32,000 nt of DNA from Wolbachia endosymbiont strain TRS of Brugia malayi. Lineage in GTDB: Bacteria > Pseudomonadota > Alphaproteobacteria > Rickettsiales > Anaplasmataceae. The position numbers were made by a program, and so were the translations under genes. This document shows positions 20,024 to 32,000 of the stretch, piece by piece. Under the pieces are notes generated by a model, which saw only the letters and a list, made by a program, of their open reading frames with translations, had not been told where the DNA came from and did not search any database. Location: the NCBI RefSeq assembly GCF_000008385.1, contig NC_006833.1, positions 870,001-902,000 of the forward strand, in the 5' to 3' direction. Every line of letters starts with the position of its first letter. The stretch's first letter is position 1.

Positions 20024-20600
20024 CTAATTTCTCACAAACGCTTTGGTTGTAGAATCTAAGATATCATCAGCATGAGGGTTATATGCATGCTCATCTGGGC
20101 ACTTAATTTTCACTTTTCCATCCTTACCTAAATATTTTACTTCAAGCATACAAGCCAGCGATTTGGTATCCAATTTATTGCACTGGAATTTATTGTTCCA
20201 GATTGCACTTGCCCATTTATCTTCTTGAGCCTCAACCATACCTACTCCAAAATCATACCACCTAATCCTATTTCATCTGGCTCACCATAAAAAATATGCC
20301 CAAATCCTATAGTTTCTTTTTTAATTCCACTATTTGTGAACTAAATCTTAGTTAGTTTATCCTTAAATAACTTTAAATCTGCATCCGGTGTAATCACCCG
20401 ATGATTAAGCTTATCATATATTTTTTCCACTAATTCTTAATGCTGTGAACAATCAAGCAAAATTCTGAAATCCTCCTTACCAGGATGCGACCCCAATCAC
20501 GCAAACTCTTAACATTTCTCTATCAAAATCAGTCAGCTCTGGAAGCGACGGGATATAGTTTGGACCTGAAGAATCTATTTCGAAAAAATGGTTCAAAGTT
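20024..20600 (-). pseudogene. Decayed hypothetical protein gene
   Basis: ORF 20024..20239 (VEAQEDKWASAIWNNKFQCNKLDTKSLACMLEVKYLGKDGKVKIKCPDEHAYNP...) continues upstream in other frames: NSGIKKETIGFGHIFYGEPDEIGLGGM, HRVITPDADLKLFKDKLTKI. Confidence 0.55.
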
Positions 20601-20763
20601 AGTTCGTGAATTTGCACCACTAAAACAATGACCCTTAATATAAAAAAGAAATCCTATTATCGGTATTATTAAGCATAAAACTAGTTTATCTCTCTTTAAC
20701 ACAACTGCAATACAACTCCATAAAAAAGTTAGGGTACAAGCAACAATTTAAATTAAAAAAGCT

Positions 20764-21963
20764 TTAATTTAACATAGATTGCAGCGCAGCAATCCCTGGC
20801 ATCTTGTCACCGCTAAGCCAACTCAAAAATGCCCCTCCACCAGTTGAAACATATGTAAAATCTTTATCAGTAAGACCTGCAGCATTTATTGCAGATAAAC
20901 TATCCCCTCCTCCTATTACGCTGGTCAATTTTCCTTTATGTGTTGAGTCACTTACGACTTTCATCACCTCTATTGTACCATTTGCAAAAGCTGAATGTTC
21001 AAAAACACCAATAGGTCCATTCCATAGTAGAGCCTTACTGCTTGCTACTATACTACTTATTGTGCTTAAAGTTTGAGGTCCTATATCTAAAATCACATCA
21101 TTATCCAAAACAGATTCAGTTTTTCTTAAAATGCAAGTGCTATAATCAGAGTTTACTGCAATCAGAACATCTTCAGGTATAACTATTTTGCAATTGTTTT
21201 TATCTGCTATTTTAACAACATCATGCAGAAGACTATCAACGCCATTTTGAAAGAAAGATTTGCCTATATTAACTTTATTAAATAATAAAAAATTGTTAGC
21301 AATTGCACCACCGAGGACTAGATAATCGACCTTTTCTGCTAATCTTATAAGCATTTTTATTTTAGTTGATATTTTAGCCCCTCCAACTATTGCAGTAATA
21401 GGTTTAGCCTCAAATGATACAGCCTTCTCAAGATATCTTAGTTCATCTTGTAAGCAAAATCCTGCATAGGAAGGCAAAAATTCTGTAATGCGTGAAATAG
21501 AAGCGTGAGCTCTGTGAGAGCAAGAAAATGCATCATTAACATATACATCCGCTAGAGATGCCAATTGTTTGGCAAAATTTGCGTCATTTTGCTCTTCTTC
21601 CTTATAAAATCTCAGATTTTCTAGTAATATTACATCTCTTATAGCTATCGCATTCACTACTTTTTGTACTTTTTTACCAATACAATCATCAACAAATTTT
21701 ACCTCTTTATTTAATAGCTGTGATAAAGTTTTAACCACATTTTTTAGTGAAAGATTATTGTCTTTGGCCCTTGGGCGTCCAAAGTGTGATATAATAATAA
21801 CCTTTGCACCTGCATTTACCAAATGCCGAATAGTAGGTAATGACCTCAAAACACGAGTAGCATCGTGCACTTTCCCATTCTTTATAGGAATATTGAAGTC
21901 AACTCTAAGTAAGACAGCTTTACCGTGAAGATCACAATTTTCTATATTAGGTATATTCATCAT
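20764..21963 (-). CDS. pgk: Phosphoglycerate kinase
   Basis: 399-aa ORF; VLLRVDFNIPIKNG, SHFGRPRA, SCSHRAHASI, AIVGGAKISTKI, LWNGPIGVFE, SVIGGGDSLSAI. Confidence 0.98.
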   Translation of the reverse strand: MMNIPNIENCDLHGKAVLLRVDFNIPIKNGKVHDATRVLRSLPTIRHLVNAGAKVIIISHFGRPRAKDNNLSLKNVVKTLSQLLNKEVKFVDDCIGKKVQKVVNAIAIRDVILLENLRFYKEEEQNDANFAKQLASLADVYVNDAFSCSHRAHASISRITEFLPSYAGFCLQDELRYLEKAVSFEAKPITAIVGGAKISTKIKMLIRLAEKVDYLVLGGAIANNFLLFNKVNIGKSFFQNGVDSLLHDVVKIADKNNCKIVIPEDVLIAVNSDYSTCILRKTESVLDNDVILDIGPQTLSTISSIVASSKALLWNGPIGVFEHSAFANGTIEVMKVVSDSTHKGKLTSVIGGGDSLSAINAAGLTDKDFTYVSTGGGAFLSWLSGDKMPGIAALQSMLN

Positions 21964-22001
21964 AAAATTAAAGCTATAAAGCCACTATGCAGCAGTTTGA
22001 C

Positions 22002-23021
22002 CTAAAGTAAATCGCTTTTTTTTCCACGTACTACCTTTGAAGTTGAATATTGAAAATTAACCGGAGAATTGTGGATCACTTTATATATGTCATAACAAGC
22101 CATGGTACTCTCGGCAAAACCATTTAATATCAACTTTAGTTTGCCCAAATAAGCAGCTACATCTCCAATTGCATATATCCTATCTCTACTAGTTCTAAGT
22201 GTAGCTTGGTCAACAACTACGCGGCTACGTTCTAACTGTATATCCCAACTGCCTATTGGACCCAAATCCATTGATAGTCCAAAAAACGGCAGTAAGAAAT
22301 CAGCGGATATTTTTTTTTCTTCCTTAGAGGTAATATTTTTTATTATCACCGCACTCAACTGCCCATCGTTTCCCGTTAGCTTGTGTAGTTGATATGGCAC
22401 TACAAGTTCTATCCTTCCGCTACTTTCAAGTAATTTTAATTTATTTCTCGTTTCAGAAACGCAACGAAATTCTTTTCTTCGATGTATCACATAAATTTTC
22501 TTTGCAACTTTAGAGAGTTCTACGGTCCAATCAGCTGCAGAATCGCCTCCTCCTGCAATCACTATGATTTTGTCCTGAAAATCAGAAATTTTATTCACGT
22601 TATAAAATACGGATTTATTTTCATATTCTAATATACCACTAAGGGGTGGACGGTTAGGTTCAAATATTCCATTGCCTGCAGCAATGATAATAGCCTTGCA
22701 TTTCACCTTCGTACCTGCGCTCGTTACTACAATAAAACTTTGACTGTCATTATTCGCAATTTCTTCCACTCTTTGACTTAAATGGTAAACAGGCTCAAAT
22801 GGTGAAGCCTGTTCCATTAACTGCTCAATTAATTTTTGAGCAGTAATTACGGGATAGCCAGGTATATCGTATATTGGTTTTTCTGGGTAAAGAGCAGTGC
22901 ATTGTCCTCCCGCTTGATCTAAAACATCTATTATATGACATCTCATATCAAGCATTCCTGCTTGAAAAGCGGTGAATATTCCAACAGGTCCTGCACCTAT
23001 TACTACTATATCAGTTTCCAT
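22002..23021 (-). CDS. Thioredoxin-reductase-like ferredoxin/flavodoxin--NADP+ reductase
   Basis: 339-aa ORF; VVIGAGPVGIFTAFQAGMLDM, GGQCTALYPEKPIYDIPGYP, IVIAGGGDSAADW, RIYAIGDVA. Confidence 0.93.
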   Translation of the reverse strand: METDIVVIGAGPVGIFTAFQAGMLDMRCHIIDVLDQAGGQCTALYPEKPIYDIPGYPVITAQKLIEQLMEQASPFEPVYHLSQRVEEIANNDSQSFIVVTSAGTKVKCKAIIIAAGNGIFEPNRPPLSGILEYENKSVFYNVNKISDFQDKIIVIAGGGDSAADWTVELSKVAKKIYVIHRRKEFRCVSETRNKLKLLESSGRIELVVPYQLHKLTGNDGQLSAVIIKNITSKEEKKISADFLLPFFGLSMDLGPIGSWDIQLERSRVVVDQATLRTSRDRIYAIGDVAAYLGKLKLILNGFAESTMACYDIYKVIHNSPVNFQYSTSKVVRGKKSDLL

Positions 23022-23142
23022 ATTCAGGTGGTAATTTACTTAGATATTAGTTGACTTTGTTAATAAGGTCAATTAGTCAAACTACAAAAACGATGCCATG
23101 AATTAAATGGCAAAATTACTTGACACATTTTGCTAGACCTCT

Positions 23143-23420
23143 TACCATAGTACTGAAGATATTAGTTACTTTCAATTTATGCAGATTAAACAACAAGATT
23201 ATTAACGTAGTTGGCACCTTATATTTAATTTTTTGCACTATGTGTACCTTATGTCTTCACAAGATTTCTAGGGTTTTTATCTATATGAGCTGAAACGCGC
23301 TTATAAAGCATTTAAGATAGTATAGCACACCAATTTGCAGGATTAGAGAGTAAGCAACTTCTACCACAGAGTCCCTTTCACCTTTTTTTCCATTTGGTAA
23401 GCTTCTTAAATATTTATAGC
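23143..23420. repeat. Copy B of the diverged dispersed intergenic repeat
   Basis: Co-linear by eye with 9050-9330; see the copy A entry. Confidence 0.65.
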
Positions 23421-23932
23421 TCAAGGTTAGTTGCAACTATGAAGCAAAATGTAATCCAGGCTTTTTTAAGCCGTAGAAACAGAGCTATAAAAAAATTACT
23501 TCTGCATACTTCAAACCTCATTATAATGATAGCAGAGGTATTTAGAGAGCTTAAAATATACCTCGGCCTACAGATAAAACAACAAAATTCAGTAAAAAGT
23601 GTAATGTATCCTCTTTAGGATATACAGATGCACATGGTCATATGTATGCTGCATTTTTCCTAAATCTCAGATGCCTATAGCTGTGTTGTTCTCTACGCTG
23701 TGTAGCTTATCGCCCTTATGGTAGTAATAACATATTACCAACTTCACGTGTGAAAAGGTTTTTCATAGTAACAGTAGCAGCATAACATCTGACACTTGAC
23801 TTTTATTCTTAAGTCAAAAAGCTAACTAGTATATCTATGATTTTTAACATTAGATTGTAAAATAGCAAAGCTTCATATGCTTTAGGTTAATATGTTTTTG
23901 CCTTTTCTCACTTAGCAAATTCCTTTGATTAT

Positions 23933-24577
23933 TTACTGTTTTGTACTCCAGTCTTTTTCAAATATTGCAAGCCCCCGGTCGGTAAGTGGATGGTTAAGTA
24001 ATTGTCTAAGCACTTTTGCTGGCACAGTAATTGAATTAGCACCAAGCCTTGCAGCTTCTATTACATGTGTTGGACTCCTTACCGATGCAACGAGAATTTT
24101 AGTATCAAATCCATAATTAGAATATATAGTGCATATATCTTCTATTAGCAACAAGCCATCATAGCTTATATCATCAAGGCGACCAACAAAGGGAGAAATA
24201 AAACAAGCACCGGCCTTAGCGGCAAGCAGTGCTTGTCCAGGAGAAAAACATAATGTTATATTAGCAGGTATTTTATGTTCTGTCCACAACTTTTTACAAG
24301 AAATTAATCCTTCATATGTAAGAGGCAATTTTACTACAATATTACTAGCAATTTTTGTTAACTTAAGGCCTTCTTTAACCATATCTTCATGGTTACTTGC
24401 AACAACTTCAACACTAACAGGCCCTGTTACAATAGAGCATATCTCACTTATTAAACCCTCGTATTTATCTTTACGCCCAGATTTTGCTATTAAAGAAGGA
24501 TTGGTTGTTATACCATCAATGAACTCTTTCAGTTCTTCAATTTCATTTAAATCAACGCTATCAAGAAAAATTTCCAT
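23933..24577 (-). CDS. Transaldolase / fructose-6-phosphate aldolase-like protein
   Basis: 214-aa ORF; MEIFLDSVDLNEI, GITTNPSLIAKSG, GPVSVEVVASN, IVVKLPLT, NITLCFSPGQALLAAKAGACFISPFVGRLDD. Confidence 0.93.
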   Translation of the reverse strand: MEIFLDSVDLNEIEELKEFIDGITTNPSLIAKSGRKDKYEGLISEICSIVTGPVSVEVVASNHEDMVKEGLKLTKIASNIVVKLPLTYEGLISCKKLWTEHKIPANITLCFSPGQALLAAKAGACFISPFVGRLDDISYDGLLLIEDICTIYSNYGFDTKILVASVRSPTHVIEAARLGANSITVPAKVLRQLLNHPLTDRGLAIFEKDWSTKQ

Positions 24578-24599
24578 ATTAACCTTCCACGAAAAAAAA

Positions 24600-25310
24600 T
24601 ATCCCTGTAGAATCTTGCCATCCTACTGCCTGACTTATAACCGTGTGAACTTCCTGAGTTATGGTAGAATAAGACACCAATTTGCTGATGTCACCCAAGC
24701 ATAACTGTACAAACATCAAGTAAGAGTAATTTGTACCAAGAAGAAAGATGTTATCCAAGTAGCTTAACACATAACTGTACGAACATTGTATTTTGAGAGC
24801 AATCCCTACCAGAATGATTTCATGCCAGTGCTCGGACACGCAGCTGTAAGAACTTTCTATGTTGTAGTAGGGTAAATACAAGATATCAAATACTGCTATC
24901 ACCCCAGTGCTTGACACTAAGATCCAGGAATTCTGGTTGTAAGTAAGCACACCGAGTTGATAAGCATAAAAGCAAGCTGGTTTTACTTGAAATAAACATT
25001 TTCGATGAGACTGCATGGAAAGCTGGATCTTAGTGTTATACACTTGGATAACAAGGAAGGAGCACTGGGATAATACCCCATCGGTAGGTCTAAATCGCAA
25101 TGCTTGTACAGTTGTATGTCTGAGTACTAGGATGATATCATTCTTTTTCCTAAATCCTAGTGTCATACACTTAAATAACAAGGAATGGGCGCTGAGATGA
25201 CACCCTCCTGGTAAACTCAAACCACAGTGTTCATACAGTTGTGTTTCTGGGCACTGGGATAACAAAAAAAGAGCACCATGAGCAAAAACCTTACAGCTGC
25301 TTGAATGATA
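24600..25310. repeat. Mosaic of decayed palindromic/intergenic repeats
   Basis: Inverted arms gctatcaccccagtgcttgacactaagatccag (24895-24927) and ctggatcttagtgttatacacttggataac (25023-25052); motif caatgyt(c/t)gtacagttgt in four copies: 24701-24717 and 24771-24788 (reverse), 25098-25115 and 25225-25242 (forward). Confidence 0.75.
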
Positions 25311-25332
25311 ATCGACTTTTTGCTTAAAATAG

Positions 25333-25668
25333 CTAAGAAAGAAATTTACCATTAAGATAACTTAAATACATACTAATTCTCTTATTTTTAAGTAGCTCTT
25401 CATCATGAATCACATGATCAAAAATCTGAACTTGATTTGTCATAATGTTACAACTATTACCTGCAACTTCCAATATTCCATTATCAATCACAACCTTCTT
25501 CTCCTTCTGGATAACAGTTTTAACAGTAATTACACTAGGTAATAAATAAATTAAGTAAGGAGAATGGTGAGCTAAAACCACCAGCTCCCCTTCTAGCCCA
25601 TTTACCGAAAGAGACACTACCCTCTTGAATGAAATCTGATTATCAGGAGAGAAAAATTGTACTTTCAT
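25333..25668 (-). CDS. atpC: F1Fo ATP synthase epsilon subunit
   Basis: 111-aa ORF immediately downstream of atpD; LSVNGLEGELVVLAHHSPYLIYLLPSVITV, VIDNGILEVAGNSCNIMTNQV. Confidence 0.93.
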   Translation of the reverse strand: MKVQFFSPDNQISFKRVVSLSVNGLEGELVVLAHHSPYLIYLLPSVITVKTVIQKEKKVVIDNGILEVAGNSCNIMTNQVQIFDHVIHDEELLKNKRISMYLSYLNGKFLS

Positions 25669-25673
25669 AACTC

Positions 25674-27146
<1,473 letters not shown>

Positions 27147-27223
27147 TTAACAAAAAAAGCCCCTAAAGAACTCTGAAAAAAATAAATTTTATATTATAAA
27201 TAGAAATTTTGCAACAACATTTG

Positions 27224-28321
27224 CTAATTACGCTTTATTATAAACAATGCAAAAGCATTCAATAACCAAGTAATAATAAATAGTACTAAACTAAGCACAT
27301 AAGCAGCAAGAGTTTGTATGCTATTGAAATCCTGATCCCCGGTAAGTAATGTAGCGATTTGTACAGTAATGGTAGTAACTGAATTAAGAGGATTGAAAGT
27401 CAAGTTCGAGTTGATTCCCACAGCCATCAGTACTATCATTGTTTCGCCTATTACTCTTGAAATTGATAATAAAATTGCACTTAAAATTGTAGGCATTGCA
27501 TAAGGTATTGTTATGTGCCATATAGTTTCTGCTGGAGTTGCCCCCAACGCCATAAAGCCATAACGCAAGCTTTTTGGCACAGACCTGATCGCATCCTCTA
27601 ATAAAGAAATAATAAAAGGTAGAATCATTATCCCTATCGATAAACCAGCAACTAAGGCACTCTCTGAGTGTATATTTAACCCAAAAAAACTTGCTATCTG
27701 CTTTACAAAGGAAGATAAAAATACAACCGAGAAATATCCATATACAACCGTAGGAATAGCAGACAAAACTTGCAACGTTGTATTAACAATGTAACGTACT
27801 TTCTCACTTGCATATTCACTAATATATATCGCAGAAAATAAACCTAGCGGAACAGCAACTAGCATTGCTACAATAGTTATAACTAATGTACCAACCAAAA
27901 GCGGAGTTATACCGAAACACCTTACCTTTTCTTCATTGATAGTTAGTACACTGTGGCCCCATTTTAAGCAAAACAAGAATTCTGAAATAGATACCTTTTT
28001 AAAAAATTCAATAGACTGAGTAAGAATAGATAGCATTATAAATAAAGTGATAAAAAACGATATGGCTAGAGCCACAAATAATGAAAATTTGATTACCTTA
28101 CTTCTTCTACTCTTAAAAATAAAAGCAAACATGAAAAAAAGGAATGCTATGGAAACAGAAGTTATAAAGTAATCGTCACAGAGTATTAACGACCAAGTTA
28201 ACATCCATACACAACTAAGGCATAAATAAATTTTAACCTTGTCCATCCGCTGAAACTTGCTGAAGGAAAATAAAAGAATCAGTAGTACAGGTATGAAAAG
28301 GATCATTGTCAATGAATTCAT
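27224..28321 (-). CDS. pstC: Phosphate ABC transporter permease PstC
   Basis: 365-aa ORF; PLGLFSAIYISEYASEKVR, GIMILPFIISLLEDAIRSVPKSLRYGFMALGATPAETIWHITIPYAMPTILSAILLSISRVIGETMIVLMAVG. Confidence 0.93.
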   Translation of the reverse strand: MNSLTMILFIPVLLILLFSFSKFQRMDKVKIYLCLSCVWMLTWSLILCDDYFITSVSIAFLFFMFAFIFKSRRSKVIKFSLFVALAISFFITLFIMLSILTQSIEFFKKVSISEFLFCLKWGHSVLTINEEKVRCFGITPLLVGTLVITIVAMLVAVPLGLFSAIYISEYASEKVRYIVNTTLQVLSAIPTVVYGYFSVVFLSSFVKQIASFFGLNIHSESALVAGLSIGIMILPFIISLLEDAIRSVPKSLRYGFMALGATPAETIWHITIPYAMPTILSAILLSISRVIGETMIVLMAVGINSNLTFNPLNSVTTITVQIATLLTGDQDFNSIQTLAAYVLSLVLFIITWLLNAFALFIIKRN

Positions 28322-28447
28322 TTGCTCACATATCGAATCTTATTTTACGAGAATACAATTTTTAAGAGCATTCAATACATATAATGCAACCATCATTTGA
28401 CAATAAAGTAAAACAATTTAAAATAGCTAATTGTATTTATAAAAACA

Positions 28448-28582
28448 ATGAAAAGAACATTTCAACCAAAAAATTTGATAAGAAAACGTAGGCACGGTTT
28501 TCGTTCGCGTATGGCAACAAGAGCTGGAAGGAAAATCCTCAATAGACGTCGTTCATTAGGGTGTAAAAAATTATGTGCATAA
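28448..28582 (+). CDS. rpmH: 50S ribosomal protein L34
   Basis: 44 aa: [44 protein letters not shown]; not in the supplied ORF track (too short). Confidence 0.98.
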   Translation: MKRTFQPKNLIRKRRHGFRSRMATRAGRKILNRRRSLGCKKLCA

Positions 28583-28934
28583 TCAAGTTATCAAGCATAA
28601 AAAAAAAGATTTTTCACTTGCCTTTAAAAACAAACTAGCACTTAGTAATCTTTTTTACCGTGGGCTTTATATATCATTATATGCTATAAAAGAGAGAGCG
28701 CCTGAAAAGCATGTTGACATCATCAGGGTAGGTATTGTTATTAGTAAAAAAGCCGGAAAAGCAACAAAAAGAAACAAAATCAAAAGACGATTACGAGTAC
28801 TTGCTAGAACTAACATTTTAGATATAAGTAATATAGGGTACTACTACATAATATTAACTCATAAAAATATTATGCAAGCAAGTTATAAAAACTTACGGAA
28901 AGATATAACTATTTGCTTAAAAAAAATAAAATAA
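28575..28934 (+). CDS. rnpA: Ribonuclease P protein component
   Basis: 119-aa ORF with GTG start, overlapping the rpmH 3' end by 8 nt; [23 protein letters not shown]. Confidence 0.95.
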   Translation: MHNQVIKHKKKDFSLAFKNKLALSNLFYRGLYISLYAIKERAPEKHVDIIRVGIVISKKAGKATKRNKIKRRLRVLARTNILDISNIGYYYIILTHKNIMQASYKNLRKDITICLKKIK

Positions 28935-29020
28935 GAAAAAATCTCAATTAAGGTATTTACAACTATATTATTTATGATAACATAGGTAAAATTTTTAAAA
29001 TTGATTAATAGGTGTGGTGA

Positions 29021-29299
29021 ATGATGGCGCACATAAAAGAGGCAAGTGATACAAACTTTAGTGAGATGTATGGATCTTTATTTCCCTCTAAAGAAAATGG
29101 AAAAGGAACATGGATAGATTGGAAGGCAGCATTCAAGCAACAAAAATTATTAGAGGCAGAAAGTAATGTAATGTTATTAGAAATCAGTTATTCTCTTTTA
29201 AAAGAAAATCAATTATATAAAGAAGAAGTAGGAACAAAGCTAGACAATATAATAAAAAACAATCAAGGAAATGTAAGAAAAGGCAGGCAAATTTGCTAA
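29021..29299 (+). CDS. Small hypothetical protein
   Basis: 92-aa ORF, hydrophilic/helical, with a GTG/AG-rich leader; no recognised domain. Confidence 0.5.
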   Translation: MMAHIKEASDTNFSEMYGSLFPSKENGKGTWIDWKAAFKQQKLLEAESNVMLLEISYSLLKENQLYKEEVGTKLDNIIKNNQGNVRKGRQIC

Positions 29300-29372
29300 A
29301 AAGCAGAAATTAAAAAAACAAGGGAATTAAAATAAAAGTATGTTTATCACTTAATTAATAAAGAAATTTTTA

Positions 29373-29487
29373 TAAACTTGGCAGCGACCTACTCTCCCTT
29401 TTCAAGTACCATCAGCGCTAAAAAGTTTCACTTCCGAATTCGAGATGGGATCGGGTGTTTCATTTTTGCTAAAACCACCAAGTTAAT
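29373..29487 (-). rRNA. rrf: 5S ribosomal RNA
   Basis: Minus strand: AACTTGGTGGTTTTAGC...CACCCGATCCCATCTCGAATTCGGAAGTGAAAC...GGGAGAGTAGGTCGCTGCCAAGTT; exact ends approximate. Confidence 0.93.
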
Positions 29488-29547
29488 AAAAACCTCTAAT
29501 TCAATAAATTCACTTAATATTTAACACTGCATATTCACATATAGAAA

Positions 29548-32000
<2,453 letters not shown>

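Noticed and set aside
23394-23618. 74-aa plus-strand ORF
   Set aside because: Starts inside dispersed repeat copy B, shows no recognisable domain, and is probably repeat-derived.
24501-24704. 67-aa plus-strand ORF, and 25015..25200 plus-strand ORF
   Set aside because: Antisense to the transaldolase-like gene or within the repeat mosaic; low-complexity translation.
24600-25310. CRISPR-like or regular tandem array
   Set aside because: Repeat units are in mixed orientation, irregularly spaced and diverged; no constant repeat with unique spacers and no cas genes.

Overview
AT-rich window from a Wolbachia-type (Anaplasmataceae) endosymbiont genome; this taxon call is an inference from protein character, gene neighbours and repeat style. 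It has intact housekeeping blocks: lepA, malonyl-CoA decarboxylase, yebC, bamD, pgsA, malic enzyme, bolA-grxD, tRNA-Arg(CCT), an ABC ATPase, tatA, an ExoD-like protein, cysS, a YqaA/DedA-like protein, pgk, ferredoxin/NADP reductase, a transaldolase-like gene, atpC-atpD, pstC, rpmH-rnpA, 5S rRNA and the 3' part of 23S rRNA. Between these blocks lie gene graveyards. These hold clearly decayed thiamine pyrophosphokinase, SPFH/band-7, M23 peptidase, RND membrane-fusion protein and AmpD/AmiD-like amidase genes, plus unidentified remnants. Repeat-derived intergenic DNA includes a palindromic element near 7.1 kb, a mosaic at 24.6-25.3 kb that fortuitously creates a 257-aa ORF, and a roughly 280-bp dispersed repeat pair at 9.05 and 23.14 kb. 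The most checkable anomaly is cysS: its conserved N-terminal segment is out of frame with the body at a 9-A homopolymer. I found no CRISPR, defence cassette, prophage module or convincing new system.
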